A stretch of 64,000 nucleotides of DNA from Bispira polyomma (lineage: Eukaryota), in assembly GCA_965649765.1 (NCBI GenBank), contig OZ287758.1, positions 21,328,001 through 21,392,000 on the forward strand, written 5' to 3'. Positions 1-13,384 of the stretch are shown here, piece after piece (within the stretch, counting starts at the first letter, position 1; each line of letters begins with the position of its first letter). Under the pieces are notes generated by a model. It searched no databases, was not told the origin of the DNA, and was given only the letters and a program-made list of their open reading frames with translations. The translations under genes were made by a program, and so were the position numbers.

Positions 1-534
1 GAAAGTATATTGTTTATTCCAACAATATTAAGTCGGAATCTTTGGGGAATGGTTTGCATTCAAAACGATACCGATGTGAGGATGGTCTGCTTGTAGTGTA
101 GAAAATGTAACATTGCATTGTGTTAGATTCACATTCATACTCACCGCATTGATCTACATTTGCAACAATTCTAAAATTCACTGAACAGTCAGGGTATTGT
201 TGGATTTCGGTAAAAATAATTCTAACATGTCACAGCTGTGTCTGCAATTGTGATTGGCAGAAAGCCCCAGTAAAATGCTGCATATACACATGATGGAACA
301 GCCGGTGTTTGTGTACAAACACCGCCTTAGTGGGCCTAAACCTTAAATCATGGTAAAATTCTGTGTATACCATGCTTTATCAGGTGTTATTCCTATAATA
401 TACTAAAATACCACTAAATTCTTATGCTGTAATAGTAGTAACTATTTTCAAGATGGCGGCGCCCTGTGAATTTTAGAATTTAGCCTTCTTTATGTGGTAT
501 TCAAAGCAGTATTTAACTGTGTCTTGGCTGCCAG

Positions 535-790
535 GGGTCGCTGTGGCCTAGTGGTTAGCAAGCATTGCGCTTCACAATCAGTAGTTTTTTACCCTCTAGG
601 ATCCACTGGCGTGGGTTTGACTATCGTCGATGCCTATATGGGAAAGGTCGTAGTTCCTTACTGTGGGCCGCTGGTTTCAGGGCAGAACCTTGATCAACAG
701 TATGCAATGTTTCCTCCAGTGTTTCCAACTACCCATCCCAATATAACCTAAACAGGTACTAGAGTGGACATTAAATATCGCAATTCAAAA
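535..790 (+). mobile_element. tRNA-derived SINE
   Basis: A-box-like head GTGGCCTAGTGGTTAG at ~543. The 3' part (GGTACTAGAGTGGACATTAAATATC) recurs inverted at ~55595-55690. Similar heads occur at ~11215, ~46050 and ~48160. Confidence 0.55.
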
Positions 791-2149
791 AAACAATGTT
801 CTGACTGCCAACCCAAGTAACTGGCATTTTCCTAACTAAAGACAGAGGGATAATGATGCCACAATTTATCAATGTCCACAATATTTGTAATCCAGAGGAC
901 TACTGTTTTAAGTGGTCTTCCAATCCGCTATATATCTCCTTGTACATGGTCGCTCTAGGCTAGGAATGAACCCAGGTCCTCTGCATTTCTATCAGAGTGT
1001 GTTGCCCAATATGCGACAGTGGCAGATAATACTGGGAGTTTATAGATTGATAATTTTGGATACTGTTTGTACATAATTCTTTATTGCTCATTATTTAGAC
1101 TGAAGGTGAAAGTTCTTAAAGCTAGCATGCTGGGATATTGAGCAGTGATATTAGATTGTTAATGTATTATTATGACTTGGCTATGTATGATAAAATGGGT
1201 TCGCATACTTTTATGTTCATATTCTAATGACCTATAAAAGTATAATTAAAACATTACCAGATGTTAACTGTTTACTCGAATACACTTAGCTGCCTTACTT
1301 CCTCTGTCAGAAATGACACATATATGTGAAGAATAGACTTTATAAGTATTGATTTAAACTGTACCAAATCACAACCACAGCATTTACCTCTAATTGTGTA
1401 TGTGTATCGTCATGTTATGTATCATAGAAAGTATATCCACATATTTTCATAGAGTAACTAGCTATTAATATAGTCGTTCATAGGGTTTAAATAGATAATG
1501 ACATGTCTGTTTAAACTGGACGGATATACAGCTGATCAACTATCTTCTCACCCTGTTTTTATATACACTTGCTATACAATCACAAGGGTCAAACTGTACA
1601 GTTGGTGAGATTTATTATATTTTACGAATCCAAATAAATGGTCTAAATTTAAAAAAAAAAAAAAAAATTGTGCTATTCCTGTATATATGCAATAACTGTA
1701 CTCCGTGTTTTATGCAATAACTGCAATCCGTGTATATATGAGCACATTTTAAAGCAAAAGTGGTATATGTGTGTACATCATGACTTTATCTATTAGTTAC
1801 TGAATCAGGAATCTTCTAAGGTATAAGGACACTAAGGTATAAGGTGTATGCAGAATCATCTAATACTCAAGTGTAATTCTAGATTATAAACTACTTGAGA
1901 TGCATTAAAATGTCCTGACAACTTTAATAATTCATATAGTTCAATTATAAACATGTGACTCGAATAATTAAAGAAGAGTTAAAGAAAAACCAACTTGTCT
2001 CATCAATGTTGCTATGGTATTGATGTACAATCAATTAAAAGGGTTTGGACATCGTTATTTACATATTACAAACAATGTTATACCATAGGTAACAAATCGA
2101 AGAAAACAAATTTACACACATTTGCCAGCCTATATATTTATGCCACAAT

Positions 2150-2283
2150 TAAATCCAAAGGTAAGGGCTCAGGTCTCCTAAACTAAATTTGATGACCTCA
2201 ACATACCCCAGTGGGCGACATGGAAACTCTCAAATTCATTACAAGCTTCAAGCCCCAGTATAATGAGAGACATGATACAGCAG
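2150..2283 (+). pseudogene. Relic of a YR-retrotransposon gag ORF
   Basis: 2185-2283 translates KFDDLNIPQWATWKLSNSLQASSPSIMRDMIQQ. This aligns with YDDLSLPQWASGQLANALQVTDPLISREIIQQ and FDELTLPQWAAGQLANALLVPNPAEMKDMVRQ in the two intact gag ORFs. Confidence 0.8.
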
Positions 2284-2607
2284 CATATATTACAAAGACA
2301 ACTTTAAATATGCCTAATTTTGCTGATAATGATTCAATTTTAAAAATTCTAATGGTGCTACATAATATGTAAATAGTTTAATTGCACTACTTGATATGTA
2401 ACATACATTGTTATAGTGATATTTAGGCCATCGTGTCATTAACTTGTCTTAAAATATACGACCATGGTCCATTTCTACGCATCAATGTGTCATTTTCTCA
2501 TTATATATCAACGATGTAGATATGATAAAACTGGCTATAAAATGTACTTACCATTGTACACATTATTGTAAACTAAGAAAATTGTGAAGATTAATTAAGA
2601 ATTGAAG

Positions 2608-5600
2608 ATGTTAAGCCACAAGCTACAGACAGTCTTGGTGCTGTTGACCATTGCCATTGCTCCAAGCTGGCAGCATGGGTTTCTTTACACTCCACCAAGT
2701 AGATCTACAGCCTGGAGGAAGGGGTTTGATACCCCTCCAAACTACTCCGATAATCAGCTCAACTGTGGGGGGTTTGGGGTAAGAATTAGGTATATCAGGC
2801 TAGTTCTTGACAAATATTTTAGGATATTTTCATGTATTGAATTTGTATTGTAGTTTTGATTTTAATGCGCCTTATTGATGCGAGACATCTTCTCAAGTGC
2901 AACAACAGAATCAGTTAATAAATCCCAAAAACAAATCCAGGGTTGTAACTAAGGATGTGGGGGTGTTGAGGAAGGAATTAAGAGGACAAGTTTTAAGTTG
3001 TTTCCTAAACTCATGAAGCTCATCTATTAATCTAAGCTCAACATGGAGAGCTTAGATATGTGTAGATATTATACCACACAATTAGAATATTTTACATGAT
3101 TAAGGAATTGAATTTGGAATATTTAGTTGGGATTTGTATTGCTTGCAAAAGCTAAGGTCAAATTGAAACGATCTGAATCAAAGATGGAAGAAACCTGTGT
3201 AGTGCTGAAGCACTGTCAACCACCGACCCACGGCAAGTACCTGACAAACTTTTCCACATGAAGGAACAAACAGGATTCAAACCCACATTGATGAGATCAG
3301 TGATTATAAAGCAAATTATTCCAACCACTAGGCCAACACGACCACAATATATGATTAAGGAATGGAATATTTTAATAATTAAGGGGACAGACTCTTTCTG
3401 TTAACCTACAATAGGAAGTACATACAAAAGACAATACAAAATGATAAATATAGCTTAACGTTTGCAAATTTTTACTTACATAATGCAGTAAGATATGACC
3501 TAATATTATAGTTAAAATAATGTTAGTCACATATTATTGACATTGTTATAGTAAAATGTTAAACTATCACTGGCACATGAAATAAATGTTAGCTAGTGTA
3601 GTTCTCCTATGGCAAGAGTGTACATATAATTATTTTTCCAGAAATGCAAGATTATAAACCAGTTGGGTAGTCTGAAATACTTTTTGAACTACTTTAAAAA
3701 AAGTAATGAACTGTGCACAAATAGCAAAAAATTACATTGAGTATGTCATCTGGTCTAGGTGAAATGTTCACATTATGGAAAAATGGATTTCCAATTAATC
3801 ATCAATGTTACATAATGAAATATAGATATATTTTGCCTCATTGTTTCCATCAAAAGGGTCAGTAGCACTAGGATTGGCTAGGTAAACCTTTTCTGTATAC
3901 AAATTTGCAAACCTGCAATCAATCCACCAATGTTGACTAAGACTTCGCATTGCTAATTGTAGCACCAGTGGGGAAATAATGACGGTATGTGTGGGGAGTG
4001 TGGTGATCCCTGGGATGTGCCACTGGGACAAAGACCAAACCAAGTTGGTGGCATGTATGCCACTGGAACCATTGTGGGAGAATACACACAGGGGCAGGTA
4101 TGTTTCTGCATGACAGTGATTTGTAGCTTCTTAAAATATTTAAACTAAAAATTGAAATTTTATCCATTTTAGGACTGATGTCAGAGAGTGACAAAAATCC
4201 AAATGCGACTTACAAGCGTATCTATAAAACAGCACTGGAGTCCAATGTGTTTATACTGTGCCATCCGAGAGCAGACCTGATGGTGTAAACGGGAAGATCG
4301 ACTGACGAGTGTATCATCACTACCTTTGTCTTAACAAAACTGTGAAATATAGTAACATCTGTTTAATCGACATCTGCTTCTAAGTTCCAGTTGAATTTAG
4401 AATATTAGGACTTAACCGACTAGGGGCCCAACACTGGCTTCCTTACTATATTGTGTAACACCTATCCTTTAATTGACTACACAACAACTTGTGTACGTTC
4501 AGCCTACTTGCAGATTGGCAGGAATGACATACCTCCTGAGTCGAGTGTATTTTTTGTAGACAGCTTTATTTTGATTACAAAGTGTGATATAACAATAAGC
4601 ATAGTTTAGGCTCCAATCGGACACTAATTATAATTGGTATGCATCTTAGCTAATAAATGTATGGTGTTCATTGATGCTTTAAACCTGCTTGTAATAATTT
4701 CATGTGTAGCTTTAGATTCTCATGAGACATGGTATATATTTGAAATAGAAACTTGTTGTAAATTAATATCACATATAATATGTGTGTATTTGTTCACCAG
4801 ATAGCAGATGTGACAGTCCAGATCACTGCTATGCACCAGGGATGGTACGAATTCAGGCTTTGTCCAGTCAATGACCCTAGTGTGTAAGTGTAGAGCACTG
4901 TGTTATTAATGAAGTTATTTTAGTTCAATAATTTGACATCAATGTAAACTTTGCCATAGTATTTACTTTACTGTGGCATAATGAACTGGACTTTCTGTTA
5001 CTCAATTGGTGCCCCTATATTATAGAATAGTCTTCTAGTTGAGCTTAGATCACTAGAAACACTTTCTGAGTTCAGGAGAAAACGTGTGCGCCCCACATCC
5101 TTTCTTATGATCTAGCTATGTTTTTGACTAATTGATTGGTGATTATTATGTAATGGTTCACTCTTGCTTTTACCATATATACATACTAGTCATTTGAGAA
5201 TTTAAACCAGCACAAACTATATTTTTTGCATGGTACCACCAGATAAAAACAATTACACACTATTAGTGAGAGTGCAAATCTTAAACACTGTTACATCGTC
5301 TGGGAGCATGTATTATATGTGTAAGTCTATAACGCTGCAGACCAGTGTATCTTCAACAACTTTATATTTCCGTAGTTTTCAAGTCTGATGTGCTTTTACT
5401 ATACAGACCAGCCACTTGGGAATGTTTAAACCAGCACATACTAAAGTTTCCAGATGGTACCACCAGATACACCATTGGTTCTGATGGTCCAGGTTCTTAT
5501 ACCTTCCAGCTCCAGCTTCCTGCCGACATCAGCTGTTCTCAGTGTGTGTTACAGTGGATGTGGCATTGTGGTAGGTATATATTGCTGGCGACTGCTAGTA

Positions 5601-8600
5601 ACTACAAGATTAAAGGTAATTTAAAAAAAATTCAATATAGTAGTGACAATTTATACCTTACAAATGTTTTTATTTAATATACCAATGCTGCCTTTTATGT
5701 TTAAGAATTTTCATACCAACTAATGTATATAATCTGAATCAGGCAACAACTGGGGTACCAATCCTGATGGTGAAAGCTGTGTAGGCTGTGGTCCACAGGA
5801 ACAGTTCTATGGTTGTGCTGACATCACCATTCACCCTGGAGATGGAGAAACCCCTGCCCCTACAGAAGGAACTGTGAGTTCACATTTGTCTTAGCATTGC
5901 TCACCTTAAAAGCAAGAAATAAAATATCCTTAATTAATGCTGCTAAACTGGCTAGACTAAATTTTCCTTTATAGCTCCTAGTTTTAAAAATAGAATAAAG
6001 AAATTGTTGATTGATAAATATAAAATAAACTGGTTATAAAATATTATAGAAAAAAATTTATTATCAAACCAGTATCATATATTTTTACTTGTTTTGTACG
6101 ATGGTATCTTTTTATATATGTATGTATGTATTTGTGTATATATGTAGAAATAGTTATTACCATTTATTTTATTACCATTGACTTAAATTTACAATAGCAG
6201 GGAATGTAACTTCATAAGTGATTTCACTTCAGACACTTTCTTTCAGCATACCCATTATTTGAATGTATATATGTAATTTTATGCTGAATAAACGAGTTTT
6301 ATTATTATTGTATTTGTCTTGGATAACCTATAATTTATGAAGGTTATTAACATATTAACACAGGATCTTTTGCAAACACCATACGGTAATAGTAATACCA
6401 CTATCATTAATCGTGAACACAGAAGATCATCGATGATGAAACTTTAGTGTAAGCCTATGCTTCCTTTCAGCATGTTTTTATCGGCCGACGTCGGCCGATT
6501 TTTTCCCTCATTATACAATACTACCAAGTGCTTCCTTTCATCAGATTTGCATCAGATCCGATCAGACGTCGGCCGACGTCTGTTTGGACAATAGTTTTTA
6601 TCTGTCAGGGAGGGGAAAATTCGGAAGGACTGACCGATTTTGAAACAAAAATGGTTGCAAAAATGCTATCACAGGTATAGTTTCCATCCCATACATACTC
6701 AATATTCATCAGATATTGAAGTTAAAAATGGACTGAGAAAGGTTATTTTATTGTGATTGCTGTGTTTTTCCCCCATCAAAATCCGTTAAGAAACGGCTCA
6801 GATATTAAGATTAAAAGATGGGTACCCACTTAACTTCCTCCTTATATTGTAAATAATTCATCACAAAACGTCATAATGACGTCAGTTTTGTAGCTACGTC
6901 ACAGCTTAAACATCAAAAACTAAAAATGGGTATACTTACTTAACTGTATATATCTTAGCCGTTTCTCAACGAATTTTGGTGGAAAAAAAGAACTGTAATC
7001 ACAATAAAATAACCTTTCTCATGCCATTTTTGAAGCCAACATCCGACGAATATTGAGTATATATCTGATGAAAGGAAGCGCTACATCGGCCGATGTCGGA
7101 CACACACAAATCGGCCGACGTTGGAATATGCTGAAAGGAAGCGTAGGCTTAGTACATGACTATGAACTAAAATTATTATAATTACATTCTCATAGACAAG
7201 TGACACTGTGGAGCCCAGCACCATCATCACTAGTGAAGCTCCTGAGGTTACTGCTAGTACAACTACATCACCATCAGATATTACCACCACTACCAGTACC
7301 ACACAGGCCACCACTACTACTAGTGAAGTTACTGAGACTACCACTGCTGCCACCACTACCACAGAAACCTCCACTCCCACAGAAGCCACCACTCCCACAG
7401 AGGCCACCACTACCACTACACTGCCCTCTGGTGGAAGGTCAGTCCCCTGCTAATTAGCAAGAAACATTTTTTGACAAATTACGTCATCATTATTGATGCA
7501 CAATCCATATGTGTTTATTAACCCTGCCACTGTTTTATAATATATTGTGACATGGGGACTTGGACATGTATCGCTCCGCTGTACATTTTTGTACCAAAAT
7601 ATACTGTACCACATGCTTCTATTGTATTATGTTTTGCAATTTTTTATCATTGATGCAAAGCATCTTCTAAATCGCAATAACAAAATCAATTGAGCAACAG
7701 ATGCTTAGGTTTGTACTTGAAGTATTTGAATTGAATTATGTGGATGTTTGTTTTAGTTTTTGTTTTAAAAGTTAAAAAGTTGCTTATGTAAAAGTGAAAC
7801 TATTCACGTCCTTAACTCAAAGAAGTTATACAACTTATTATTATTATAAATTTTTAATGCGCTTTATTGATGCTAAGCATCTTCTAAAGCGCAACAGCAG
7901 AATCATTGGTCCAATCATTAAGTCCATGGACATTGCTAAGTTGTAAGGAAGGAAGTAGGAGCGTGCATGAGGGAAGCTAAGGTGGGTAAGCAAGGTTAAG
8001 AAGATAGGTTTTAAGCTTTTTCCTAAAACCGATAAGTGTGTCAACTGATCTGAGGTCGACTGGAAGACTGTTCCATAACTGTGGAGCTGCAGTGGAGAAT
8101 GCTCTGCATCCCACCTTCCTGATTGGTCTGACCGAAGTGACGGAGAGTCTGTTGCCTCTCTTGTGGTTACTGAAGGAAAGAAGGGAGGCAAGGTAGGGGG
8201 CTGTTGAGTGACTACAGCCTTAAAAGTAGTAACGTGAATCTTGAACAAAATTTATTGATGACAGTGCTGAGAGGATGTGTATAAAGGGTGAAAAGTAGAG
8301 GGCCAAGGACGGATCCCTGGGGTACTGCATATGGTAACTTTATGGAAGATGATAAGTGATCATCTAATTTAATTCTTTGTGCCCTAAGAGTAAGGTAGGA
8401 TCTGATCCTTTTAAGGACACTGCTATTTATAAAGAAACCACTGCTTGAGAGTGTCGCAGAGTAGGACATGATCAATAGTGTCGAATGCAGCTGAGAGATC
8501 CAGGGTGAGGGCAACTGTGTCATTGTGGTCCAGTGCAAGATTGATATCATTGGTGATAGAAAAAGGGCACTTTCAGTAGAGTGAAATTTTCTATAAGCAG

Positions 8601-9512
8601 ACTGGTGTCAATTTTCAATGTTTTGTCTATTAAGGTGGTCAGAAATTTGTTGAGCTACAGCTTTCTCGAAGACTTTTGAGACGAAGCTGAGGTTTGACAC
8701 CGGTCTGTAGTTTTTTAGCTGGTTTTTAACAAGTCTAATAATCTGACAGTTAACAGAGAAATGTGTTGGTTTTTTCTTGCATTCAAAATTAGATCCTGAC
8801 CTCCTACGCTTGTAATTTTGATATATTATATATGCAATAATTTGAATAATGTTTTCAGTCCCAAAGAAACCTAAACATAACTACAAGGTAAATGGATCAG
8901 GTGGTGAATAGATCAGATGGTGACCCTGGTCATTCTACCAATCACCTTATTTATGCTTGTGAGAAGTAATATGTTCACTTATCTTTTATTAAATGCTTAA
9001 TAAGGAAACTTAAAACACTTAACGATTCAAATAATTATAGAGCTCTTACATTAAGCCATACCATGGGTAAATAAATTTGAACCCCTTTGAATTGCAGTTC
9101 GGCTTTAAATATAATTGTGTTACTACCAATATACTCTTGTTTCAGAGAAAATTCAATTTAATATCATATAAAAAACAACACTAATGTATGTATAAAGATG
9201 TTGCATGCCAGTAAAGCCTTTGATCAAGTTTGGGAATACATAGATATATAAATATGCTTTTAAATAAGTTCATTAATATTGGAAACAAACAATAAATACC
9301 TTACTATGGATGAAAGTCAAAAAACTTTTCAGTACCATGGACATAACATTATTAAACTACATTTGGCACATTCTCTAATAACTTGATCCCTTGTGCATTT
9401 TAGTTGTATCTGGATTGGAGAAGAAGGTGCAGGTACTGATGAATGGTGTGAAGTGAACTGCAATAATACCCCTGCATTTTGTCCAGATGATATGTGTCAC
9501 TGCGGTGAATAG
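2608..9512 (+). CDS. AA15-type LPMO paralog 1, 344 aa; join(2608-2778,3963-4097,4801-4883,5407-5570,5743-5873,7196-7437,9404-9512)
   Basis: Signal peptide, then HGFLYTPPSRSTAWR...NY.DN.LNCGG, CGECGDPW, ITAMHQGWYEFRLC, CSQCVLQW and GCGPQEQFYGCADI; Thr-rich linker; six-Cys tail. All introns are GT-AG with compatible phases. TATAAAA at 2536, AATAAA at 9621. Confidence 0.92.
6450..7151. mobile_element. MITE / non-autonomous DNA transposon with a nested second MITE (~6696-7059)
   Basis: Outer TIRs TAAGCCTATGCTTCCTTTCAGCAT / ATGCTGAAAGGAAGCGTAGGCTTA (23/24 match). Inner long imperfect TIRs begin TACTCAATATTC and end GAATATTGAGTA. Confidence 0.75.
7855..8735 (-). mobile_element. Degenerate L2/CR1-like LINE fragment in LPMO1 intron 6
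   Basis: Minus-strand RT motifs YRPVSNLSFVSKVFEK, AAFDTIDH and VPQGSVLGPLLF, with frameshifts and an internal deletion. The 3' tail (AGAAGATGCTTAGCATCAATAAAGCGCATTAA) is also seen at ~2862-2910, ~7650-7700, ~9685-9740, ~48270-48320 and ~49620-49650. Confidence 0.8.
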
Positions 9513-11214
9513 AAGTACACACAAAGATAACTTACCTGAAACAAACCAACAATGTCAATCATTAAAAACAATGGCATAGAGTGAAATTATAGCATTAAAT
9601 GTGTTAATATTAATACTGACAATAAAGAATCTATAGCTATCTCATATGTTATTGTTGTTATGATATTATTATTATTATGGATTGTTAATGCGCTTTATTT
9701 ATGCTTGGCATCTTCTAAAGTGCAACAGCAGAATCAGCGATCCAAGGGTAAAGTCTATGGGCAAGGTAGCGTCCGGGGACAAGGGGCGCAACTCCCTTTC
9801 ACCCTTTACATGGTGAAGGGTGCCGTAGCATAATGTCGTAGGTACAGTAACATTTTGGCGACAATATTAAAACTATTTGTGTATGCTTCATAAAAAAATA
9901 TCTTGTTTATGAATGAATCTGGTAAAAAAATGTTTGTATCATTGTATTTTGATATTTTTCCAGGACAAGTGACTTTTAAATATGTGAGTTTGAGCAGACT
10001 TAAGTTAATGTAGTAACACAATCTTATCAACAATTATCACAGTTTAGGTATTTTAATAACAGCAAAAAAATTACATTCAATGTGGGTAGCAACGGTGTAG
10101 CATATACCTAGACAAAGGTACAGCTTAACAATATCAATAACAATATGTACACGTGCATAAGGTGTGCATCTAGTTACAAATGGGAGTTAGTCTTTGAGTT
10201 ATTTGTACCAGCAGGGTAAGTAGAGCTCAGAGTTAACAATTAGATGACTATATTATTGTATAAGGGTGAAGCAATGACTGACACTCTTAGTAACCACCTA
10301 TAGAGCCCATTAACTTTGTGCAACACTCTTTTCCACCCTTTTCCCACCAATTGTGATTACAGTAATAGCATGAAAGTCAGATACTTATAGTTGTTAACGG
10401 GGTGTACAATGTGAATATTTGTAGCACAACTTCTCCTCCATGGCGGAAAAACACAGATCATCTTCCTGGTACCATGTTGGGCTATTACAATATTTAGAGG
10501 CATCTTAGTTTTTGGAACCCTTTTCCTGCATAAGAAACAACCTTTGAATGTCACAACTCTAAAGATCTTTTTTTTTTTACTTTTGGAACTTAAAATCACT
10601 GCCAAAATTACTGGAAAATACTTTTAGACACCAAAATCACTGCAAAAATGACAACTTCTGAGTTACATATCTGTTTGGGCGGAAACTACTTTACAAAATA
10701 ATGCCCCAATTGTGTCTATCTCTGCCATAGTTCCAGCATTTGAAAAGTGAAAAAGTAAAAAATGTTATGGGTGTGTAGAATGTTAGACAAGAACTACTGG
10801 TCAAAACCAAATTACTAATAGAAACAGAAATATTTTTGCAATCACACAATGATGCTGTAATGTGTATCATGGAAAGTTAAAAGATATGGCTATTATATCA
10901 TTAAAAGATACAAGTATTTGTATATGATACATGTTCAGACTGAATGTTGTTCTTGTTTCATTACTAGTTTATATGTAGAATATGTCACATTTCCTACACA
11001 GTGCTTTGAAGACACCTTGGGATGCATGTCGTTAAAAGAAATTTGCAAAAAAGAAATCCGCTGAATATTATGAAAATTCTAATCAGTCTAGTAATAGTAA
11101 ATTAGGCACTTACAGTGGCTAGCGTAATAAGCATCTGCAAAATTCTCACTATAATCTCAAGATAGCAGTATTAAACTGCTCCATCTATTTTGAAAACTGT
11201 TATCTTACCATCTG

Positions 11215-11520
11215 TGGTCCCGCATAGCCTAGTGGTTAGGGAGTTGGTCTGATGATCAGAAGGTCCTGTGTTCTATTCCCGGTACTGGTCACTAGTTTCA
11301 TTGGCAGAATAACATTCTTGGGAAGGATGTGTACACGTGTTTGTCTCGTGACTCGGATGACCACTTAAAATGGCGGTCCTCTGTCACAGGGTCCTATCCC
11401 CACTGGCAGGCTAACAATCATTGGGGACATTGATAATTGGTGTCATCCTCAAGCCTCTCTCTTCAGTTAGGGGAATAACAGTAACTGAGGCAGTTGACTG
11501 TTGCAGTCAGGAAAGGGTTA
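11215..11520 (+). mobile_element. tRNA-derived SINE
   Basis: Head TAGCCTAGTGGTTAGGGAGTTGG...GTTCTATTCCCGG resembles A/B boxes. The core GTGACTCGGATGACCACTTAAAA recurs at ~23988. Confidence 0.55.
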
Positions 11521-13140
11521 ATTAGCACTCTAAATACCAGATGAACGTAGATATATGCGCTGATTATGAATCTGATTACGATAACAATTACCACATGCAA
11601 AAATAGAGCAGTTTTCAACATCTAGCCTAGTTATCTTTTTATTAGCTTCTACATATAAGCTAGGATATGTGCCTTTTTGAATATAGAGTACAGTTCTTGA
11701 GATACTGAACAATTGTATTTACATATTTACGTCTAAAATCCCATTCAGTTTATGATCCTTGTTATTGACACTAGTTGAAATTTTTCAATAGGGAAATCGC
11801 TAAGTAAAAAAAAAAAATTGTTGTGGGCCATTGCCAACCCCTGTATATATTGTCTAGTACACCTTTGTGTATCTCCTATTTCCTCTCTATATAAGTAGCA
11901 ATTCTACAAAATGTAAATATATTTAACTACTTAACATTAATTTAAATATTTTGCAATGTTATCAAACATGAAGATAGCAGGAATTTTATAGCAACCTTGT
12001 ATTATGTTCAAGAGGTGGGTCGGACTCAACATCTGGTGCAGCTTTATTGTATGGCACTGTAATATAAACTCACGTCAACTATGATAAAATCTACTCATAT
12101 ATACAATAATAGCTGAACAAAAATTCACTAATGACATTTTCTTTAGTGCAGTATAACTTAAGTCAAATCTAAAATTAAGGAATGTGAGATAACAGAACAT
12201 TTCTGTGTACAAAATTTGCAAAGTATTGTTGATAATAATTATTGCTGTGGAACAATGTATATGTTATTTTGTAAGGTTGTCACAGTAACAGCTAATTAAC
12301 AGATCAACATTAAATCATATAGATTTTATGACTTTAAAGACTAAATTATACGAAACAATAATATATTCAAATGAAACTAATTTTAATGTAATTGTAACAA
12401 CTTCAGTATTTTGCATGAAAGCCCCTGGCTTGCACAATAGCTGACATTCTCCAAGGCATGCTTTAAACAATGGTTTGTATGGTTCTTAGGGCAAATTTCT
12501 CTCCTTATATAGAAATAAAATAAATAAACTAGACTTTCTTCAGGTCATTTTGTTCCAAACATTATATGAGGGCAGTATGACTTTTTGATTGACACTGAGT
12601 TTGTTTCTTTTTTCCCCACAGACAACACTCACCCAATTCACATAGTAGAATTATAATGTCTCCATGCATGGTGGATAGGGATAAAATACAAAAGACTTGT
12701 GAACAAGTCTACTGTAAAACTTGCTACAGCTCAATTTCTAGATGAAAGAAAACTTTGAAGAAAAAACTTACTTAGTATTCAAGTGAACAAGCATCCTTCC
12801 TTAGATGGTAAAATATTATTTTTGTCAAAGATTTAGAGCAAGGAAATAGAAATTTAGTTTTAAAAATTAGAAACAAATTTATCTAGAAAATAATTCTCTA
12901 TAATTCTTGTAACGTTATAAGTATATCTAACCTTCAATACGATAAGTAAGTAGAGCTTTGTGAAGAGCACTTTACTTACAGAAAGTAACAGTATAAAGTA
13001 TAATATTTTAACTCACTTGGATTCTAAGTAAAACTTAGGTGAGTAGAGTTTTCCAGTAGTTGTGAATACCACTTATAAGAAAAACTTTAAAATTTGAAAA
13101 AAAATCCCTTACTTTGGAAATTGAAAAAAACAACTCGTGC

Positions 13141-13384
13141 CTACACTAGGATGTAAACACTAGAGATCACATGAGAGATGGTGTACTGTTTACAAGCCGA
13201 TGTCTATATTAGGATGTAAGCAGTAGGGATCACATGAGATATGGTGTACTGTTTACAAGCCAATGTCTATATTAGGATGTAAGCAGTAGGGATCACATGA
13301 GAGATGGTGTACTGTTTACAAGCCGATGTCTATATTAGGATATAAACAGTAGAGAACACATGAGAGATGGTGCACTGTTTATAA
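13141..13384. repeat. 63-bp minisatellite, ~3.9 copies
   Basis: Units start at 13141, 13204, 13267 and 13330 (CTATATTAGGATGTAAGCAGTAGGGATCACATGAGAGATGGTGTACTGTTTACAAGCCGATGT). Confidence 0.9.

Noticed and set aside
449-464. CAAGATGGCGGC YY1-type motif as a promoter
   Set aside because: No associated gene start is visible, and it sits among repeat fragments.
7081-7457. Val-rich and Pro-rich ORFs
   Set aside because: Alternative frames of the Thr-rich LPMO1 linker exon.
11215-11290. tRNA gene
   Set aside because: Only degenerate A/B boxes, with no complete cloverleaf; it continues into a repeated SINE body.
13141-13384. 63-bp repeat as a CRISPR array or coding repeat
   Set aside because: Head-to-tail units with no unique spacers, stops in the frames checked, and a eukaryotic context.
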